A stretch of DNA of 64,000 nt from Atopobium sp. UBA2090 (lineage in GTDB: Bacteria > Actinomycetota > Coriobacteriia > Coriobacteriales > Atopobiaceae). The stretch is from the NCBI GenBank assembly GCA_002331575.1, contig DCZG01000050.1, positions 2,657 through 66,656 on the forward strand, read 5' to 3'. Shown here piece after piece: positions 26,188 to 35,922 of this stretch. Position 1 is the stretch's first letter. Each line of letters begins with the position of its first letter. The position numbers and the translations under genes were made by a program. Under the pieces are notes generated by a model. The model searched no databases and was not told the origin of the DNA. It saw only the letters and a list, made by a program, of their open reading frames with translations.

Positions 26188-27528
26188 TTAACCTGGCGTA
26201 CCCGTCGTTCCCAGCAACGATACCGCATCAGCAAGACGAAGCGTGACGCACGTTCCCTCGTCGAGCTTGGACACGATCTCGACTCCCGAGCCCACGCCAT
26301 AGAACTTCTCGATGCGCTCGGCGACGTTCCTGAGGGCGATGCCCGTTCCCTTTGCGTCTGACGAAGCCGGCGCGGGCTCGAGCAGCTTTCGGGCAACATC
26401 CTCACCCATGCCCAGGCCGTCGTCGGCAACGGCTATCAGGATATCATTTCCGTCGGTCGCGACATGGATGTCTATGTGCAGGGCTCCCTCGTCGCTCATG
26501 GCATGGCGCACAGCGTTCTCCACGATCGGCTGCACGATGAACGCGGGCATGGGCAGCGCCTCGCAGCCAGGCTCCACGTGCTCGACCTCGACGATGCGGT
26601 CCTCGCCAAAGCGGGCCTTCTCGATCGTGAGGTAGCGCTTGGTCTGCTCGAGCTCGCGCGACAGGGGCATGATCGAGTCGGAGTTCTCGAGCGTCCGTCG
26701 ATAGAAGACAGAGAACTCCCTCAGCAGGTCGCGGGCGCGGGCGGGGTCCGTGCGGGTAAGCGATGCGATGGTGTTGAGCGTGTTGAAGAGGAAGTGCGGA
26801 TTGATCTGCGCCTGCAAAGCCTTGACCTCAGCCTTCGCGGTGAGCTCAGCCTGCTTGTCGAGCTCGTAGGACGAGAGCTGCGCGGAGAGCAGGTCAGCGA
26901 AGCCCTGGGCGACCACGATCTGCGTTCGGTCGATGTCGAGACCGCGACGATAGTAGAGCTTGAGGGTGCCCACCGCCCTGTCCTGGACGAGCAGCGGCGC
27001 GATGATGCCGAAGGCCTGTCCGGGCTGGGCGGACCCCTGGATGAAGTGGCTGTATCGCTGGTCCTCCGAGTCGACGGCGGCAAACGTCTCGATGCGCTTG
27101 CTGGAGAGGACCTCGAGCGTCGGCGCCGAGTTCGAGTCGCCCACCTCGATGACGGGCACGTAGTCGCCCGAGTAGGCAATGACGTGCGTCGTGTCGGTCA
27201 TCGCGATGCCCATCGCCGTGGTCTCGGGGAGAAGGAGCGCGCAGATGGCCTCGCAGCCGGCGGGGGTGAGACCGCCGCGCAGCTGACGGAGCGTGTTGGA
27301 GGCGACGCTCAGGGTGCGCTCCGTCGCCTGGGACCGCATGCTGTCGGGAACGAGGTTGATGGTACCCCCGACCACGATAATCACGGCGAGGCCCGCGCCG
27401 GCGATGACGGCAGCCACCACGTTGCTCATCGCGATGCCACTGGCGAGGATCATGAGGGACGCGGCGGCGGAGATTCCGAGGAACAGGTTGAATGCGAGTC
27501 CGGAGTGCTCGTCCAACGAACTATGCAT
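26188..27528 (-). CDS. LytS/YehU-type sensor histidine kinase (2 TM + GAF-like + His_kinase + HATPase)
   Basis: ATG at 27528. H-box QINPHFLFNTLNTIASL. ATPase motifs DDGLGMG and GTGIALRNV. Confidence 0.9.
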   Translation of the reverse strand: MHSSLDEHSGLAFNLFLGISAAASLMILASGIAMSNVVAAVIAGAGLAVIIVVGGTINLVPDSMRSQATERTLSVASNTLRQLRGGLTPAGCEAICALLLPETTAMGIAMTDTTHVIAYSGDYVPVIEVGDSNSAPTLEVLSSKRIETFAAVDSEDQRYSHFIQGSAQPGQAFGIIAPLLVQDRAVGTLKLYYRRGLDIDRTQIVVAQGFADLLSAQLSSYELDKQAELTAKAEVKALQAQINPHFLFNTLNTIASLTRTDPARARDLLREFSVFYRRTLENSDSIMPLSRELEQTKRYLTIEKARFGEDRIVEVEHVEPGCEALPMPAFIVQPIVENAVRHAMSDEGALHIDIHVATDGNDILIAVADDGLGMGEDVARKLLEPAPASSDAKGTGIALRNVAERIEKFYGVGSGVEIVSKLDEGTCVTLRLADAVSLLGTTGTPG

Positions 27529-28759
27529 CAGTCTCCACCCTTCGGTGCGCCGGCGTTCCGGTGCCCAGAATCCTGTTCTGCAGCAGCGCGTCATTCCAGA
27601 GCGTGGTCACGACCTTGGGCCAGACCGAGACGAGCGAGAGGTAGCTCGACGAGGTCACCCGTGCCTCCCGATCCGCATCGCGCCAGCCGTGATGGAGGAT
27701 GTCGACGTATGCGGTGCGCTCTTCTCGACTCCGCGAGGAGAGGGCGCGACGGAGCGCCGTGCGATACACGCGACCGCGCACGCCCGGCGTGATCCACTCC
27801 GAAGGATACGGTGCAAGCGACCCAGGGGTAATCGTCCGCAGGTCCTGGCGGGCGTTCATGACGTCGAGCTTGCGATACTCGTAGAGCCAGCGGTAGACGT
27901 CCTGCATGAAGATCGTCGGCACGGGCGCCATCTCCTGGGGTGGCTGCCATCGCACGGACCATTCGTTGTCGAACCACACGTCGAAGCCGTGAGCGCGGAG
28001 GTCGAGCACGTAGTCGAGGTCCTCGCCGCGCGAGATGTAGGGGTCGAAGGGAACCTTCGAGAAGGCGGCCGCATGGACGGCGCAGCAGCCTCCGCAGAGG
28101 ACGGTCGACCGAGAGATGCGCGTCTTGGAGAAGAGCGCCTGACGCATGAACTCGTTGAAGCCGCTCGACTTCGACCAGAACTTCTCGCTCCAGCGATAGG
28201 GGATGTCCGCGTATGGGGAGTCCGCGAAGTTGACGTAGAAGCCGGTCTTGGCGAGGATGCGCAGGTTCTGACGGGTCAGCGAGTCGAGCCCGTAGACCGC
28301 GCGCGCGAGGTAGTCCTCGTCGAGCGCCACCTCGTCGTCATCGAGAAAGACGACGCAGTCGTGGCCGAAGATCGATGCCACGGCGAGTCCCATGTTCTTG
28401 ATGGCGCCGTACCCACGCAGCGAGACGGTCTCGCCGGAGAGCCCGCGCGTGATCCGCGAGAGGGCGTGGGAGACGAACGCCGCCTCCTCGTCACCAATGA
28501 CGAGCAGGTTGAGGCTTGGATGGGAACGGCAGATGCTGTCCACGCGAGCGCGGGCGGAGACGGCGCACGAGGTCTCCGCAACCACGAGCACGATCACCCG
28601 GAGCACGCCGCGAACCCGCTCGAGCGAGGAGAGGCAGTTCTCGAGCTCGGGAAGGGGCTTGGTGATGGGGGTCGAGTAGTCATACGTCCCGCGGCCACCC
28701 AGCTGTCCTGGGTCGGCATCCTTCGACCAGTACGTAGGTATGACGATGGCGGGATTCAC
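27521..28759 (-). CDS. GT-A fold (family 2-like) glycosyltransferase
   Basis: GTG start at 28759. The N-terminus reads AIVIPTYW, and the DxD motif is VVFLDDDE. The 3' end overlaps the kinase start by 8 nt. Confidence 0.7.
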   Translation of the reverse strand: MNPAIVIPTYWSKDADPGQLGGRGTYDYSTPITKPLPELENCLSSLERVRGVLRVIVLVVAETSCAVSARARVDSICRSHPSLNLLVIGDEEAAFVSHALSRITRGLSGETVSLRGYGAIKNMGLAVASIFGHDCVVFLDDDEVALDEDYLARAVYGLDSLTRQNLRILAKTGFYVNFADSPYADIPYRWSEKFWSKSSGFNEFMRQALFSKTRISRSTVLCGGCCAVHAAAFSKVPFDPYISRGEDLDYVLDLRAHGFDVWFDNEWSVRWQPPQEMAPVPTIFMQDVYRWLYEYRKLDVMNARQDLRTITPGSLAPYPSEWITPGVRGRVYRTALRRALSSRSREERTAYVDILHHGWRDADREARVTSSSYLSLVSVWPKVVTTLWNDALLQNRILGTGTPAHRRVETDA

Positions 28760-28774
28760 CTCGACCCCGAATCG

Positions 28775-29383
28775 CTACTTGACGCCCGCCGGGCCACCGA
28801 GCGAGCTCCGCAGCGACGTGCGATCGAGGGCGCGCGCGAGCGGCAGGCCGAGCGCGTAGACCACCACGGCCTCGCCGATGCCCGTGGACACGAATCCGAA
28901 GAGATACATGGGCAGGTAGGCGCCATCAAGCGCGATGGTGGTGAACGGGATGGTGTAGAAGCCGATGCCCTGGAGCAGGAGCGGGAGGTAGGCGGGCACG
29001 ATGAGCGCGTTCGCGATGACCGGGCCGGCGAGCGCGATTATCGGCTTGTCGCGGTGACGCCACGTGAACCAGGCGCCGAGGGCCGTCGCGAGCGAGCCGA
29101 AGACCACGTCGAGAAGGCCGAGCGTGCCCGTCCCCGAGATGACGATGTTGGCGAGGTTGGCGATCGCGCAGCCAAGAGCGAGACCGGGGATGGCGTCAGA
29201 CGTGAACAGCGCCAGGACGCAGACGGCCTCGGAGACGCGAAACTGGACAGGGCCCCAGGCAAGGGAGCCGAGGAAGAGAATCGCAACGAGGGTGAGGGCG
29301 GCATAGACCGCCGCGATCATGCCAGTACGCGCCACGGAGCGGGTGCGGGTGGCCTGATCTGCGACAGGATTTGATGAAGACAC
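28775..29383 (-). CDS. queT: QueT-type queuosine-precursor transporter (ECF S-component-like)
   Basis: Hydrophobic 5-6 TM protein reading ...VQFRVSEAVCVLALFT...ANLANI.... GTG at 29383 sits 8 nt after GGAGG. An alternative in-frame ATG at 29422 lacks an SD. Confidence 0.7.
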   Translation of the reverse strand: MSSSNPVADQATRTRSVARTGMIAAVYAALTLVAILFLGSLAWGPVQFRVSEAVCVLALFTSDAIPGLALGCAIANLANIVISGTGTLGLLDVVFGSLATALGAWFTWRHRDKPIIALAGPVIANALIVPAYLPLLLQGIGFYTIPFTTIALDGAYLPMYLFGFVSTGIGEAVVVYALGLPLARALDRTSLRSSLGGPAGVK

Positions 29384-29508
29384 GAAGGTAACCTCCAGAG
29401 ACTGGTCGTGCGAATGCGCCATGTTTGGCTCTGCAGTCAATAGTAACGCAATACAACACGAGGGGCCTGCCCTGCCAGAATCCGGGACGGGCCCCGTACG
29501 AGCAGACG

Positions 29509-30258
29509 CTAGATGTCCATGTGCATGCCCGGCATGCGGAAGGTCTTTGCGCGCTCGTCGTGCGCTCTTCTCGCCTCGTCCTCGAACGCGAGCTTGGCGT
29601 CCCTCTCGCCCATCGTGTCGAGAATCCAACGCACGAGGTCCGGATTCGAGGGAAGGAGCGGTCCGATGAGCCAGGTTGCGATGAGGTTGTTCTTGCGGAA
29701 GCCCTCGAGCTTGCTCCGCTCGTTGAGGCCGAAGCCGACCTCGTCCGCGAGGAAGAACGAGCTCTCGTTGTGGCCCTCCATGAGCGTGAACTGAATCTTG
29801 AAGCCCACGACCTCGATGGGCTTGTCGCCAGGCGCTGGCACGAAGGTGCCGACGACCACGTCGAGGTAGCGCTTGGGCATGTTGCGATGCGTCACGAAGT
29901 CGAACAGCCCGAGGCCGTCGACGCTCGTGCCGTCCGGGTTGGTGATGGACGTGCCGAGAACCTCGGGCGCGCTGCCCGTGAAGAGCATGGGGACGCCGGC
30001 GTCGACGAGCTCGAAGAGGCGGTCGCGATACAACTCGAGCTCGCGTGCCACGATGTCCTGCTGCATCTCGGTCATGCCGCACATGAGCACGAGCGAGGGC
30101 GTCTTCTCCATGAAGTAGGGCTTGTCGCCGTACGAGGTGTGGACGAAGGTCGCATCGGGGAGACAGGCGCGCAGGTACATCTCGTTGCCGTTGTCGCCCG
30201 CCTGGTTGCCGAACTCGGGGTAGAGCACCTCGACGACGGTGTTTGCGCTATCGCTCAT
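29509..30258 (-). CDS. gatD: CobB/CobQ-like glutamine amidotransferase, GatD subunit of lipid II isoglutaminyl synthase
   Basis: ATG at 30258. 249 aa. Overlaps the murT 3' end by 11 nt, the conserved murT-gatD arrangement. Confidence 0.8.
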   Translation of the reverse strand: MSDSANTVVEVLYPEFGNQAGDNGNEMYLRACLPDATFVHTSYGDKPYFMEKTPSLVLMCGMTEMQQDIVARELELYRDRLFELVDAGVPMLFTGSAPEVLGTSITNPDGTSVDGLGLFDFVTHRNMPKRYLDVVVGTFVPAPGDKPIEVVGFKIQFTLMEGHNESSFFLADEVGFGLNERSKLEGFRKNNLIATWLIGPLLPSNPDLVRWILDTMGERDAKLAFEDEARRAHDERAKTFRMPGMHMDI

Positions 30259-31669
30259 GGTGAGCCCCCTCGATCCTCGTGGCGAGCATGTCGGCCGCAC
30301 CGCGGGCCACGTCCACGTTGGAGACGCAGAATGCGATGAACGTCGTGTCGACGTCGTCGTAGCGAACCGCGGCCATGGCCTCGGCGATGCCGTCCGCCTG
30401 CGTCACGATTGAGGGGTCGACTCCCGCCAGGCACATGCGAAGCACCTGGTCGGTAGCGGTATCGCCCACCACGACGACCTGCTTCACCTGCGGGTCGACG
30501 AGATACTCGTAGTCAGCCTGGTATATCCAGCCCGAAAACTCGACCTCGGTGGGATGCTCGGCCATGTGGGCGTCCGAGAGCATGAGGACCACGGCCTTGG
30601 TCCCCGGCTCCTTGCGGATGGTGTCGAAGGCGACCGAGGTCGCCGTGCCGTTCTCGCCCTTGGAGGCGATGTTCACGATGCGGCGGCCCTCGACCGTACG
30701 CTCCGAATAGCGCTCGGCGGTGATGTTGACCTTGCCGTCGAGCGACCGAGCGATCTGCTCGGGGGTGAGCCCCATCTCCCTCGCCGCGACTGTCGCCGCG
30801 AAGAGGTTGTAGAGGTTGGCGACCGTATAGGTGCCAAAGTGATAGTCGTGGCGCGGATGCCCGTCGACAAGTCGCTCCTCGACCGTGAACGTATGGGCGT
30901 CGAGGTCGACGGAGGTCATGACGTACTGCGCCTCGGGGTTGGTGAGGCCGCACGAGGTGCAGTGGGCGCGTCCGAGGTGGCGCAGGTGGCAATAGTCGTA
31001 CTCGAGCCTTCCGCCGCAGACGGGGCAGGCGGTGAGGTCGCAGACGATGCCCTGCGGGTCAGGCGTGTCGTCGGGCAGCGTCGCCTCGATGGAGAAGAAC
31101 ACCTTGTTGTGGTTCTGCGGCGCCATGCGACAGGAGATGAGGTCGTCGGCGTTGAGCACGAGGCGCGTGCTCTCGGAGATGTGCCTGCTCATGATCCCGA
31201 AGACGTAGTCGGGGTCGGCGCTCCTGGTGAAGGTGTCCGTGTAGAGGTTCGTGACGAGGAGCAGCTCGGGCTCGAGGCGCGGGAGGACCGGCCTGAACGA
31301 GACCTCGTCGAGCTCCATGACGGCGTAGCTCTCGCGCTGGGCGCCCGAGACGGCCGCGTTCTTGATGAGCGTGCTCTCGATGCCCGTGCAGATGTTCCCG
31401 CCCGCCCGGTTGGTCACGAGTCCATACCCGTTGTCCACGAGCAGGTCGGAGAGGAGGTTCGTCGTGGTCGTCTTCCCGTTGGTGCCGGAGACGAAGACCA
31501 CGTGATCGGGCTTGTCGATGTGCGACAGGAAGTCCGGGTCGATCTTCTCGGCAACCACGCCGGGTACCTGTCCGCCGCGGTGGTGCGTGAGGTCAAGTGC
31601 TCCGACCGCTGCCTTCGACGCCAACATCGCCAGGTAGAAGCGAGGCGTCTTCTGGTCTGTTGTGGTCAC
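30248..31669 (-). CDS. murT: Mur-ligase-family lipid II isoglutaminyl synthase subunit MurT
   Basis: P-loop VSGTNGKTTTTN, Cys4 ribbon CPVCGG...CTSCG, and a C-terminal DUF1727-like domain. GTG start at 31669. Confidence 0.88.
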   Translation of the reverse strand: MTTTDQKTPRFYLAMLASKAAVGALDLTHHRGGQVPGVVAEKIDPDFLSHIDKPDHVVFVSGTNGKTTTTNLLSDLLVDNGYGLVTNRAGGNICTGIESTLIKNAAVSGAQRESYAVMELDEVSFRPVLPRLEPELLLVTNLYTDTFTRSADPDYVFGIMSRHISESTRLVLNADDLISCRMAPQNHNKVFFSIEATLPDDTPDPQGIVCDLTACPVCGGRLEYDYCHLRHLGRAHCTSCGLTNPEAQYVMTSVDLDAHTFTVEERLVDGHPRHDYHFGTYTVANLYNLFAATVAAREMGLTPEQIARSLDGKVNITAERYSERTVEGRRIVNIASKGENGTATSVAFDTIRKEPGTKAVVLMLSDAHMAEHPTEVEFSGWIYQADYEYLVDPQVKQVVVVGDTATDQVLRMCLAGVDPSIVTQADGIAEAMAAVRYDDVDTTFIAFCVSNVDVARGAADMLATRIEGAHHER

Positions 31670-31858
31670 AGTGCCATCCTTTGGCTGCTCTTCAGCGATT
31701 CTGACCCACCCATGATACGGACGGCGGCGTCTGCGGGCGGCGGCGCCAGGGGAACCCCACCAAAGGCCCAGAGAAGCGGCGCGCCCTCCCCACGACGCAA
31801 TCGGGCCCCGAACCTGAGGTCCGGGGCCCGACGATACCGTGCTTGGAGAGGGAGGCGC

Positions 31859-33241
31859 CTACTCGGTGGCCTTCTCCGCCTCGAGGTACTTCTTGTGCAG
31901 GACCGCCATCAGGACGATGCCCACGACGAGAAGGACGAGCGAGATCTCGAGGATCGGCATCTTGTACTCGAGCTCGTCAGCCGTGGTGTTGAGCGGCACG
32001 GCGGTGGCGATGACCGAGAGGATGAGCAGGACGACGGGCAGGTAGGTCTCGACCTTGAGCAGGCCGCCGTTGCCGGGCACCTTGAACGGGCGCTTGGTGT
32101 CGGGGTCGATCTTGCGGAGCTTGAGGAACGCGGGGAACATGGGCACGTAGGCGAGGAGCAGGAAGACGATCTGCGCCGCGAAGAGCACCCAGAAGTCGAA
32201 GCCGGTGACGGCGGAGATCAGGCAGAGCACGGACGCGACGACGCCGTTGGTGATGGAGGCGCCGTTGGGCATGCCGGTCTTGGGGTCGACGAAGCCCATG
32301 AAGCTCGGGAGCTGGTGGTCCTTGGCGGACTCGGCGGCGACCATGTTGACGCCGAGAGACCAGGAGACCATGTTGCCGAAGAGGGTGATGAGGAAGACGA
32401 TGTTGACGATGACGAAGATGGGCGAGGTGTCGCCGACCATGACGGCGAGGGCGTCGGTGATGCCGGAGTCGACGGTGAGGTCCTCGACGGGGATGGCCAC
32501 GCCGATGCCGAAGGCGGAGATCAGGTAGACCACGGCGATGGCGATGCCGCCGGCGATGATGGCCTTGGGAATCTGCCTCGCGGGGTTCTCCATGTCATCG
32601 GTGTAGGTCGCGAGGACCTCGAAGCCCATGAAGTTGAAGAGGATGATCGAGAGGTACGTGAGCGAGTTCGTGTCGCTGAAGTTGGGGAGATAGGTGCTGG
32701 CGTCGCCCGCGTTCGCGTTGCCGTACTTGCTCATGTACATGAAGCCAAGGATGCCGAGGACGATGCCGATGCCGACCTTGAGGATGGCGCCGATGTTGAC
32801 GAGCCACGCGGAGTCGGACGCCTTCGAGAAGCTCACGAAGACGACGATCCAGATGAAGGCGAGCTCGATGAGAAGCGACGGAACGACGCCCAGCTCATTG
32901 CCTGTGAGCAGGCTGATGGTGCTCGGGAAGACGAGCGCGAGCGAGGCGATCCAGAGAGGGAAGTTCACCCAGTAGCACCAGGCGACGAAGCCGGCGACCT
33001 TGCGGCCGAAGGCGCGCTTGACCCAGTCGTACACGCCGCCCTCGTCATCGGGGTAGGTGGAGCCGAGCTCGGAGACGATCATGCCGTACGGGAGCAGGAA
33101 GGTGATGATGAGGAGGATCCACCAGAAGTACTGCGAGTTGCCGATGGCGGCAGCCGGGGCCGCGGCCTCGGCGACGAACACGACGCAGATGATGTTGAGA
33201 ATCGCGTCAAAGAGGCTGAACTTCTTGGTCTTCTCGGCCAT
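31859..33241 (-). CDS. APC-family amino acid/polyamine antiporter (AguD-like agmatine:putrescine antiporter by context)
   Basis: 460 aa with 12-13 TM. N-terminus FSLFDAILNIICVVFVAEAAAPAAAIGNSQYFWW. Lies directly downstream of aguA. Confidence 0.8.
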   Translation of the reverse strand: MAEKTKKFSLFDAILNIICVVFVAEAAAPAAAIGNSQYFWWILLIITFLLPYGMIVSELGSTYPDDEGGVYDWVKRAFGRKVAGFVAWCYWVNFPLWIASLALVFPSTISLLTGNELGVVPSLLIELAFIWIVVFVSFSKASDSAWLVNIGAILKVGIGIVLGILGFMYMSKYGNANAGDASTYLPNFSDTNSLTYLSIILFNFMGFEVLATYTDDMENPARQIPKAIIAGGIAIAVVYLISAFGIGVAIPVEDLTVDSGITDALAVMVGDTSPIFVIVNIVFLITLFGNMVSWSLGVNMVAAESAKDHQLPSFMGFVDPKTGMPNGASITNGVVASVLCLISAVTGFDFWVLFAAQIVFLLLAYVPMFPAFLKLRKIDPDTKRPFKVPGNGGLLKVETYLPVVLLILSVIATAVPLNTTADELEYKMPILEISLVLLVVGIVLMAVLHKKYLEAEKATE

Positions 33242-33343
33242 GTCGTTCCTTTCCTTTGTCTCGGGGCGTCCCGGTCAGCGGGGCGCCCCTCGTTCACGTG
33301 GCGCGCGTCACGACGACGCGCCTACTCGTTCCCCGCCTGTTGC

Positions 33344-34510
33344 CTACCTGGTCTGGGGCGCCGGCTCCTGCTGCGTGATGCAGTGGATGTTGCCGCCGCC
33401 AAAGACGACCTGGTCGGTGTGGACGCCCACGGCCTTGTACACGCCCTTGCCCCAGGCGGCGTCGAAGGCGGCCTGGATCTGCTCGATGGCCAGCGCGTCG
33501 TTCTTGTCGCCGTACTGCGGGACGATGACGCCGTGGTTGACGATGAGGAAGTTCATGTAGGAGGCGATGAGCGGCTCGTCGGCCACGCGCGGCTCGGCGT
33601 TCTCGTCGATGTCGATGGAGTCACAGGACGCCTGGTCCATGAAGAGGGGCTGAGACGGCATGACGAGCTTGGTCACCTCGAGCTTGCGGCCGGCTGCGTC
33701 GGTGGCGTTCGAGAGGGTCTCGTACGCGGTGCGCGCCTCGTTGTAGAACGGGTAGTCAGGGTCGTCCGACCAGATGCAGAGCATCCTGCCGGGAGCCACG
33801 AAGCAGGCGACGTCGTCGATGTGGCCGTTGGTCTCCTCGGGGTCGATGCCGTCCTTGACCCAGATGACCTTCGAGACGTTGAGGTACTTCTCGAGCTCGT
33901 CCTCCATGTAGCCCTTGAGCTCGTCGGACCAGGGCTCGTACTCGGTCACGCTGGCGTTGCGGCCGGGATCGAGCAGACACATCTCGGTGGTCACGAGGGT
34001 GCCCTCGCCGTCGACGTGGATGGAGCCGCCCTCGATGATCAGCGACTCGGGACGATAGCGACGCACGCCCGAGAGCTCTGCCATCTTGAGGGCGATCTGC
34101 TCGTCCTTGTCCCAGGGGAAGTAGAGGCCGTTCTCAAAGCCACCGTAGGCGTTGAAGTGCCAGTGGATGGCGCGGACCTCGCCCGCGTCATTGACGACGT
34201 AGGTGGCGCCGGTGTCACGGACCCAAGCGTCGTCGGTGGTCATCTCGATCACGTGGATGTTCTCGTCCTTGTCGAAGACGGCCTTGGCATTGGCGTAGTC
34301 GACCTGGTTGACGCACATGTTGACGGGCTCGAACTGCGCGATGGCGCGGGCGACCGCCGCGTACTGCTTCTGGGCGGGCTTGGCGCCCCAGGCCCAGGTG
34401 TCGGTGCGGTGCGGCCAGGCCATCCAGGCGCGCGTCTGCGGCTCGAACTCTCCCGGCATACGGAAGCCGTCGGACCGTGGATCGGACTCTGACTCAGTGA
34501 TGGTACGCAT
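33344..34510 (-). CDS. aguA: Agmatine deiminase
   Basis: ATG at 34510 sits 7 nt after GGAGG. PAD_porph family: RMPGEFEPQTRAWMAWPH and C-terminal GGGNIHCITQQ (catalytic Cys). Confidence 0.92.
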   Translation of the reverse strand: MRTITESESDPRSDGFRMPGEFEPQTRAWMAWPHRTDTWAWGAKPAQKQYAAVARAIAQFEPVNMCVNQVDYANAKAVFDKDENIHVIEMTTDDAWVRDTGATYVVNDAGEVRAIHWHFNAYGGFENGLYFPWDKDEQIALKMAELSGVRRYRPESLIIEGGSIHVDGEGTLVTTEMCLLDPGRNASVTEYEPWSDELKGYMEDELEKYLNVSKVIWVKDGIDPEETNGHIDDVACFVAPGRMLCIWSDDPDYPFYNEARTAYETLSNATDAAGRKLEVTKLVMPSQPLFMDQASCDSIDIDENAEPRVADEPLIASYMNFLIVNHGVIVPQYGDKNDALAIEQIQAAFDAAWGKGVYKAVGVHTDQVVFGGGNIHCITQQEPAPQTR

Positions 34511-34590
34511 GCTCAAACCTCCAACTCGTCGATGGATATCAGTCTGTCGAGAAGGGCCTTCTCGGCCCCTCCCGATGTTCGTGCGATGTG

Positions 34591-35655
34591 CTACTCAGCC
34601 TGGAGCGCGTCGATCTTAGCGATGGCGGCGTGCAGCTCCTCCTTGGCGGAGTACTCGATGCCCTCGTCCTCGAGCGGGGTGCGCTTGCCGAAGGCGGCGA
34701 GAAGGGCGCGGATGGAGTGCTTGCGGTTCTCGGCCTCGACCCAGCAGAGGGAGCGCTCGGGGTCGTCCATGACCTCGTCGGTGACCTCCTCGCCGCGGGT
34801 GGCGGGCAGGCAGTGCATGAACTTGGAGTTCGGGCCGGCGAAGTTCATGAGGTCCATCGTGACCTGGTACTTGGGATAGAAGACGTCCATGTAGGAGACG
34901 CCGTCGACCTGGGCGTCGTAGAGGCCGTACCAGACGTCGGTGTAGACGAAGTCGGCGCCCTTGATGCTCTCGATGTCGTCGGAGATGGTGATGGTGCCGC
35001 CGGACTTCTCGCAGTTTGCCTTGCCGATGGCGAGAAGGTCGATCTTGTCGTCGCCCACCTGGAGGCCGCCGTCGGTGATCTGGTGACCCTTGGGGCCAAA
35101 CTGGACGAAGTCCATGCCGAGGATGGAGCAGGTGAACATCAGCGAGACGCAGACCTGGGTGGCGTCGCCGATGAAGGCGAGCTTGCAGTCCTCGATGCGC
35201 TTGCCCTCGGGGACGTTCTCGAGCATGGTGAGAAGGTCGCCCATCTCCTGCGTCGGGTGGTTGTACTCGGACATGCCGTTGAGCACGGGAGCCGCGGAGC
35301 CCTTGGCGAGACCGACGACGTCCTTGTGACGGTCGACGCGAGCCATCATAATGTCGAGCAGCGAGCCCATGACGCGGGCGGTGTCGCCGAGGGACTCGTG
35401 GCCGCCGAGCTGGATGGTCCCGGGGCCGAAGAACTCGGCATGGCCGCCGAGGTCGCACATCGCGGTCTCGAACGAGATGCGCGTGCGGGTTGAGACCTGC
35501 TGGAAGATCATGCCGAGCGACTTGTTGCGAAGGAGGTGGGGATAGTAGCCGTCGACCTTGATGGCCTTCTTCATTGCCGTGGCAAGGTCCTCGATGGCGA
35601 GAATCTGCTCCTTGGTGAGATCGTTGGTGTCGATGAAGTCCTTGGGCATGGCCAT
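34591..35655 (-). CDS. ptcA: Putrescine carbamoyltransferase
   Basis: ATG at 35655 follows AGGAG. STRTR and HCLP motifs. DVWYGLY replaces the OTCase SMG loop, and there is a C-terminal helical extension. Sits in the agmatine-deiminase context. Confidence 0.85.
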   Translation of the reverse strand: MAMPKDFIDTNDLTKEQILAIEDLATAMKKAIKVDGYYPHLLRNKSLGMIFQQVSTRTRISFETAMCDLGGHAEFFGPGTIQLGGHESLGDTARVMGSLLDIMMARVDRHKDVVGLAKGSAAPVLNGMSEYNHPTQEMGDLLTMLENVPEGKRIEDCKLAFIGDATQVCVSLMFTCSILGMDFVQFGPKGHQITDGGLQVGDDKIDLLAIGKANCEKSGGTITISDDIESIKGADFVYTDVWYGLYDAQVDGVSYMDVFYPKYQVTMDLMNFAGPNSKFMHCLPATRGEEVTDEVMDDPERSLCWVEAENRKHSIRALLAAFGKRTPLEDEGIEYSAKEELHAAIAKIDALQAE

Positions 35656-35922
35656 GGTGACGCTCCTGTCTGCCGGTCCCCCGGCGTCGTGGACGCCACT
35701 CGGCGCCCACTCTCCTTTCGCTTCGACCGTACTATCTCTCGTCACCCCCTCCGATGCCAGAATAATCAGGTTTAGAGGGTGTTTGTCGAATTACAACTTG
35801 TATAAACTTGCGTTTCAGCGCACCGTATCTTCCATGTGCGCAGTTGGGGTACCTATCATGTATGGTCTCTCGTTTTGTGCGCAGACGGGGGAACGATTCA
35901 GCGCAACGCGGAGGTGTGCCGA

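Noticed and set aside
29384-29508. A possible preQ1 riboswitch in the queT leader.
   Set aside because: I found no A-rich tail or ACUA-type preQ1-I element and no preQ1-II/III-like pairing. The region is explained by the upstream gene's terminator hairpin (ggggcccgtccc...gggcaggcccc) plus an SD.
30554-34492. Very long ORFs antisense to annotated genes. Examples are 30554..34492 (+, 1312 aa), 46949..50539 (+, 1196 aa), 8819..11005 (+), 4304..6118 (+) and 2048..3259 (+).
   Set aside because: Their translations are low-complexity and rich in R/G/A/V/D/E/H, with no motifs. They lie exactly opposite genes with strong family signatures. They are typical stop-codon-poor shadow frames of GC-rich DNA.
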